The notes under the pieces: model-generated
The model's database searches: none
Seen by the model: only the letters and a program-made list of their open reading frames with translations
What the model was told of the DNA's origin: nothing
Source of the DNA: Phoronis australis
Lineage: Eukaryota > Animalia > Phoronida
Assembly: GCA_002633005.1 (NCBI GenBank)
Contig: NMRA01000667.1
Location: forward strand, 156,980 to 199,702
DNA: 42,723 nucleotides
Direction of reading: 5' to 3'
In this document: positions 36,818 through 42,723 of the stretch, piece by piece
How the letters are laid out: every line of letters starts with the position of its first letter
How positions within the stretch are numbered: position 1 is the stretch's first letter
Position numbers and translations under genes: made by a program

Positions 36818-37913
36818 GTGAATTGCCACCGAAACAACTCTTAAGATTAAAATCTTAATGGCAAAAAATAATGCACGAACAGATACAACAGGAAGAAGAA
36901 CTGACGTCACATTTGACATTAATTACGTTTTCTACAACATTGCAGTCAGAACACATAATGATTAATCATGTGTCCAATTTTAGGTAGACTCTGTATCTTA
37001 GGTCCAACGTAATAAATTTTGGATGATATGATTTCTACACCGGGCACGATGATATATATAACCAAGGCTACATGAACTGCAGCAGCCTTAAAGGAGAAAG
37101 CAACTTTTTTTCGTGTCAATTTTAGTAAAAATACCGTTAGTTGATTATCCCAGACATATTTTCAGTTAATTACAACTTCCCGTAATTTTATAAATTATTC
37201 GTGCCTTACTCTGGATGTAAAATTTAGGGGGTGAAGAATTTGCCGCCTTTTGTTTTCATGTAGTCTGACTGTGTAACCTGTCGAGTCAGTCATTGCTTTA
37301 CCTCGGTTGTGTTTATTTCGGTTGTCTTTTTCGTTTTTTTACGAGTCAGTCAACATGCTGCNGTGAATTGCCACCGAAACAACTCTTAAGATTAAAATCT
37401 TAATGGCAAAAAATAATGCACGAACAGATACAACAGGAAGAAGAACTGACGTCACATTTGACATTAATTACGTTTTCTACAACATTGCAGTCAGAACACA
37501 TAATGATTAATCTATACCGCCATGTGTCCAATTTTAGATAGACAATGTGTCTAAGGTCCAACATAATAAATTTTGGATGATATGATTTCTACACCGGGCA
37601 AGATGAAAAAAAACCAAGGCTACATGAACTGCAGCAGCCTTAAAGGAGAAAGCAACCTTTTTTCGTGTCAATTTTAGTAAAAATACCGTTAGTTGATTAT
37701 CCCAGACATATTTTCAGTTAATTACAACTTCCCGTAATTTTATAAATTATTCGTGCCTTACACTGGATGTGAAATTTAGGGGGTGAAGAATTTGCCGCCT
37801 TTTGTTTTCATGTAGTCTGACTGTGTAACCTGTCGAGTCAGTCATTGTTTTACCTCGGTTGTGTTTATTTCGGTTGTCTTTTTCGTTTTTTTACGAGTCA
37901 GTCAACATGCTGC
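36818..37913. repeat. Duplication across a 1-N gap (36818-37361 vs 37363-37913); likely haplotype/assembly duplication
   Basis: The N is at 37362 and the copies differ by a few SNPs and small indels. The duplication creates an extra Kolobok end at about 37092-37361. Confidence 0.85.
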
Positions 37914-39344
37914 ACGGTTCCTGCTTACCGGGGTGTACTCGTTATCGTCTCAGGCGCACTTTTGGTATGCCAATACATGCGCGCACCCACAGCAGGGCTC
38001 GTTCGAGCCCCCCATTTGGCGAAGTGGGGAAAAGATCCGACTCAGAGAAACAAAAAGACCGAGAAAACGAGACAAATGTCCACAGGAATTCGGCGTGAAT
38101 GCACATTTCATAGCCCTGAACGTAGTATCTCGTTTTTTATGTTTTCCCCCTTTTTTCAGTAAAAGGACCACATACTGAAAAATTCGAACCCCCTATATTT
38201 TAGGCTGGGTGCGCACATGCAGTACATCGCTATCCAATTAGAGATGACACGCTCCGCCCTACTTGGCTCGTTTGTGTAAAGATCGCAGTTATTGCCGTCC
38301 ACGCAACGTACAATGGAGTATTACCGAGTGTGTGGCAAGCATTTTTTGTCGCTGGATTACAAAAGAGTAATGTACGCGTAATTGATGAAGGTTCCTGCAA
38401 AACAATCACTGAAGAAGGGTGCCATACTATCGTTGTTGATTCTCGGCAGTACCCCGTCGTCACCCCCGAGAAGTGCATTTTTGAAGAGAGTAGCCTCGCG
38501 AGCTGTGGCGGCCTCAACAGTGAATGGAGTCGTTTCATCTACTCATGGTCATCCGTGCCTCCGAACGTACCCCCAGAGTGTGAAATACCGGGAATTAGCA
38601 GTGATTGGTCCTGTGGTGGTGTTGTCTCCAGCCCAGAGCCTGTAAGCAACGCAGCAGCGATGTGGAGTAGTGGTAGTTAATACAGGCCATGTTCGACACC
38701 CAGTGGGGAGGACAGTTCGTTGTCAAGTGGTTAAGCCGATGAGCCAAACTGATAAGTTTATTGTAGACTTGAATAAAGTATTGGACCTATCTAGAATGTG
38801 CCAGGTGTGTGACAAGGGAGTCACAAGGCTGGATGTCAGAAGTTTGGGTGCTTAGGTGACCATCCAGTGGGAACAGCATAGGCCTTCCATTTAGGTCGGC
38901 ATAACACTGCACACGTTGCATTTGCACCAATACGTCCCACCACGTCTGTCCTCAGTCGCTGCCTCATCCCTCTCAACAGCTGTATGTATTCTGCCTCACT
39001 TTACTCGGGCTCAATCATTTATCCATCCACTGCTACTACAAAAGATTCCTAAATCCAACATAATTCAGTACCCTAACAACCTAGCTTGTCGTAGAATACT
39101 CGTCGGTGGAAAGTGGTGACGACAATTTTTGGAGACCAGCACAAAAACAACAGCACAACAGATTCTCACTGTAACTTGAAAGCACTAGGAACGAAATGGC
39201 GGGAAATTCTTAACCACATAAACGTCTGCACGACGAGTAGTTAATAACATTAAAGGGAGCCGTAAGTTACCGAAGCATGTGTCTGGGATAATCAACGAAC
39301 CGTATTTTTACTAAAAATGACATGAAAAGAGGTTGCCTTCCCCT
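37644..39344. mobile_element. Older, diverged Kolobok family C copy in the opposite orientation to 33156-34845
   Basis: TTAA 37640-43 | AGGAGAAAGCAACC... and ...GGTTGCCTTCCCCT | TTAA 39345-48. Decayed THAP on the plus strand (RVCGKHF, KFIVDLNKVLDLSRMCQVC) and decayed KolX on the minus strand (about 38870-39040). Confidence 0.88.
37976..38219 (+). mobile_element. ~245-bp CA..TG MITE inserted in the THAP relic
   Basis: TIRs CATGCGCGCACCCA / TGGGTGCGCACATG; flanks CAATA / CAGTA; absent from the equivalent position of the 33156-34845 copy. Confidence 0.75.
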
Positions 39345-39584
39345 TTAAACTGTACCGAATCTCAAACAAAGCTTGTTTGGTGTTTGTTATGAAAACACGA
39401 TTCGTCACCTTGACAAAATTAAAAAAATATTTCACTGACAATTATATTTTGCCACGAACAACACCACTTGGGTGAGTAAATTAATGGCACCCGGAATACT
39501 TGTTTAACTGAAGTGGTACAACCGGCGAGAACAGTGTTGATGATCGACATATGTCCCGAATAATAGATAAGAGATATGAGAGAC

Positions 39585-40291
39585 GCATCAGATCTCAAAT
39601 TTTTTACTTTATCAAGAAATGAGTTTATCTGCAAACTACAATGGAAACTCCTATACAGCAGCCTATGTAATGGTCTATACACAGTACATTGGAAACCTAT
39701 ACAATGGATGTTTGCTTATTTTTTATCTATCAAAACCCTTTATCTGCAAATTTCTGATAGGAAGTTGGAATAAGTAGTTTATCACATTTTCAAGTGTCAT
39801 TGCATACTGATTTTTTACTGAAGAACTGTGTTAAACCGCACCAAAGGACAAATTAATTGATAAAGATGTATAATTTTGTACAAATGAGTGACTAAATTCT
39901 TCACAGCAAATGCGATGGCTCCATATTCCAAAATCTTGACAGGGTTTAAATAGTCATTTATGTAACCTCTCAGGTTCATTTCCTTTTTATGTTACTATTA
40001 CACCCTGTTATTTTCGCATTTTGGTAACAAAAAACTTTAAATCTATCAGGTATGCGAAATGATGATTATTTATGAACCAAATTATGTCTCATTTGCTTCT
40101 GCTATAATCATACACCATCAAGAACTGACGAAGAGCTTTATAATGATATGACTCTGATGCAATTCGGTTGATGAACGGCGGAGTCGCGAAAAGTTTTAGT
40201 GGCAGTAAATTCCATGGGAATCGCATACACCGGACCAAACGAATGCAAATTCCTCGGCAGCGCGAGATCGAATTTAGCATTTAAGGGCTAG
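39585..40291 (+). repeat. Second copy of the 29.1-30.1 kb dispersed repeat
   Basis: Shared blocks include TCTGCAAATTTCTGATAGG, CAGGTATGCGAAATGATGATT and GGCGGAGTCGCGAAAAGTTTTAGTGGCA. Confidence 0.75.
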
Positions 40292-40433
40292 AGCTCTATG
40301 CAATAACTTACATAGGCCTAATACTAATACATATTTGCTTTAATAAGTTATCCTATAAATGTTGTAACACTAGCCTTCAAACACATTTGTTTATGTACAT
40401 TTACACCCAGATTGTGAGTCAGGCCGAAAAGTT

Positions 40434-40768
40434 GTATGGATCAGATAACCCTAAGTTGTCAGAAATTAGTCGCTTTACAACTACATGTACATGTATGGCT
40501 CAGGTAACGCTGAGTTGTAAGGGATGTCGTTTTACGACTACGTGTATGGATCAAGTACCGCTAAGTTGCAAGGAATATTTCGTTTTGCGACTACACGTAT
40601 GGCTCAAGTAATGCTAAGTTGGAAGGGAAGTCGTTTTCCGAGTAAATGTATGACTCAGGTAACGGCAAAGTTTAAAGGGATGAGTCGTTTTTCGACTTCA
40701 CGTATGGCTCAGGTAACGCTAAAATCGAAAGGAATATGTCAATTTCTGGCTCAGGTAATGCTAAGGTT
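40434..40768. repeat. Degenerate minisatellite, ~51-bp unit, 6-7 copies
   Basis: Recurring TCGTTTT.CGACTAC..GTATGGCTCAGGTAACGCTAAG. Confidence 0.85.
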
Positions 40769-42723
40769 ATGTTAATAATGAAAATTGTTTATTCAGGAAC
40801 GAGAATCATTTGCTGCTGCTTTGAACTTTCTTTTATCGTTCACGATTAGTAATCTTTACAAGACGTCTTATGATTGGTCTTGTGCATTTGTTAGAGCATG
40901 AAATGCAATATCTCATGTAACATATAATGGAAAAAATTTGTTGAGCACACAACAATGTCTGCAGGAAGATTTGCTTTCAATTTGCTCTTAAATGTTTTTA
41001 CTGGAAAAAGGAGATCATTCTCCAACTGGTCAAAGTCTTTGTTGATCAGTTTAGTCTCTAATTAATCCAGTATCATAATCCCATCCCATCACATTCAAAC
41101 TTTAAAGCTAGTACGAGTACAAAGAGTTTACATTGCTTATCTGCTTAAAAAACAAAACAAATACGTTCCTATGCATCAAATGCACATATTTACCGGATTT
41201 TCGTTTACGCTTGAAACGCTGCCAGTAACAGACCAGTTCATCCAGTGCCGCACTGCTTGCATTGTTTTTCCAACTGGACCTATTTACTGCGGCCACATTA
41301 GTCGCGCGACACTTCCGGGATGAAATAACTTGAAAACTTGTGGCGTGACTTGTCATGATATGCTTCTGTCAATAGTAAACATATATATTCATTATTGCAT
41401 GGTTATTTTATCGTGTTCAATTGGAACAAAATCGCCGCGTTTATCTGGAAACACCGATGAAACAATTTATTTGCGTTTTGTTGATCAATCAAAAGCTGCT
41501 ACGAACCCGTTGTCTGTCAAAAATTACGTTTTTAAATCAGCCCGTAATTTTCATGATCGAAATGAAGTGGTCTCTGGGCTTGGGAAGACCAGACCGGACA
41601 GGGCCGTCCCCCATCACACAGCAATAGAACTAAGCTTAATTTGTTCCGCACGTAAGAAAGTGCGTTGCTTTCATTGGCCGATCCTTGAACATATAGTAAG
41701 CAAGACACTTGTTCCAGGTAAGAGTCCGTATCAATGTTTTGGTGCTATCACGATTAAGCAAACGTCATACAGAAATTATAAAGCTGAAGTGAATTTCAGT
41801 GCATCAAACATGTGCGTTTATCTCATACGCGCTACAACATAGCCGCGAGATACCGTGTTAAATGGCCAACTACAAAGAAACTTCTTTTTTGTACCAAACT
41901 GGTGCGTCGTACGTCTAACGTGAAACTGTCGTAAAACAATCGTACGACATTCCAACGATACGGAGACTTTAACTGCCGCCAACGTCATGCAACACGAGTG
42001 CGTCTGTTGTACAACTGTCGTACGACATCGCACGACAGTCCTCTGCCGACTTAGATTCGCGGTAAAAAATGTCGTACGACGTTAAAATAATTTTCTGAGG
42101 CGCGTGCGTCCCGTAGACGGCAAACTAACACTTATTACGTTAAAGCATAGACTATAGATAGGGACTGCCAACTCCCGTTAGAGCGCGTTGCGCATGTCGT
42201 GGGCCACGGGACATAAGCACTAACGATGAGAGGGCCCTGCACACGCAGGATAGAAAACTTCCGGTTTTACGTAGTCTCCTACGGAGCGGTCGTTCCCTCG
42301 TTTCAAGATTTGGTAAAGTAATGAGTCGAATTGCTTGATTGTTTGGAGTTTTTAAGACTTGTAAAAATAAAATGCGTATACTGTTCTCTGTCATGTCATT
42401 TAAAACATTCAAAAGATAATTCAGACATGTTATGAGTTATTAACGCCAGAATCGTCTTCAGGCTCAGCTGATTTTCCCGTGTTGCACTTACACAGTCGCA
42501 TCAGCTGATTTTTTGTTGGAATTAGTATTGATGTTTGTTTAAACAGATTACCGCACGAATCAGCTCATAATCATAAGCACATGTATTAACCAACAAAAAT
42601 GAAATTGTAACAATGTTACACAATAAATATTTGTAATTCACACAGCTTTGTTCCAGGGGAAGGGCCAAAGGCTAACTGGCATTGACATGTCATTTGCAAA
42701 ACTTGAGTGTCAAAAAGTTGTGT

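Noticed and set aside
37092-37361. Additional Kolobok insertion
   Set aside because: Lies inside the duplication at the N gap; probably the allele of the 37644 end.
41330-41842. 170-aa ORF
   Set aside because: TTG start and no recognisable domain; probably chance.

Overview
Eukaryotic, AT-rich, repeat-dense genomic DNA from an invertebrate animal (lophotrochozoan-like or another marine invertebrate; inferred, not proven). The host genes form a same-strand cluster of intronless class A (rhodopsin-like) peptide-receptor-like GPCRs: two intact (7840-8949 and 31464-32555) and one disabled, truncated paralogue (26449-27080). Most other recognisable sequence is transposon-derived. It includes several TTAA-flanked Kolobok-type elements; the best preserved (33156-34845) has ~158-bp TIRs, a THAP-transposase 5' part on the minus strand and a KolX/P2X7-ballast-like 5' part on the plus strand, joined by an internal deletion. 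There is also a decayed ISL2EU-like element (THAP + SWIM relics) with its ~180-bp MITE derivatives, a Penelope-like GIY-YIG fragment ending in a degenerate hammerhead, small CA..TG MITEs with apparent 5-bp TSDs, and micro/minisatellites. Two single-N gaps (2185, 37362) are flanked by haplotype-like duplications that are probably assembly artefacts. No prokaryotic features, tRNA/rRNA genes or CRISPR arrays were supported. All calls are by eye, without database searches.
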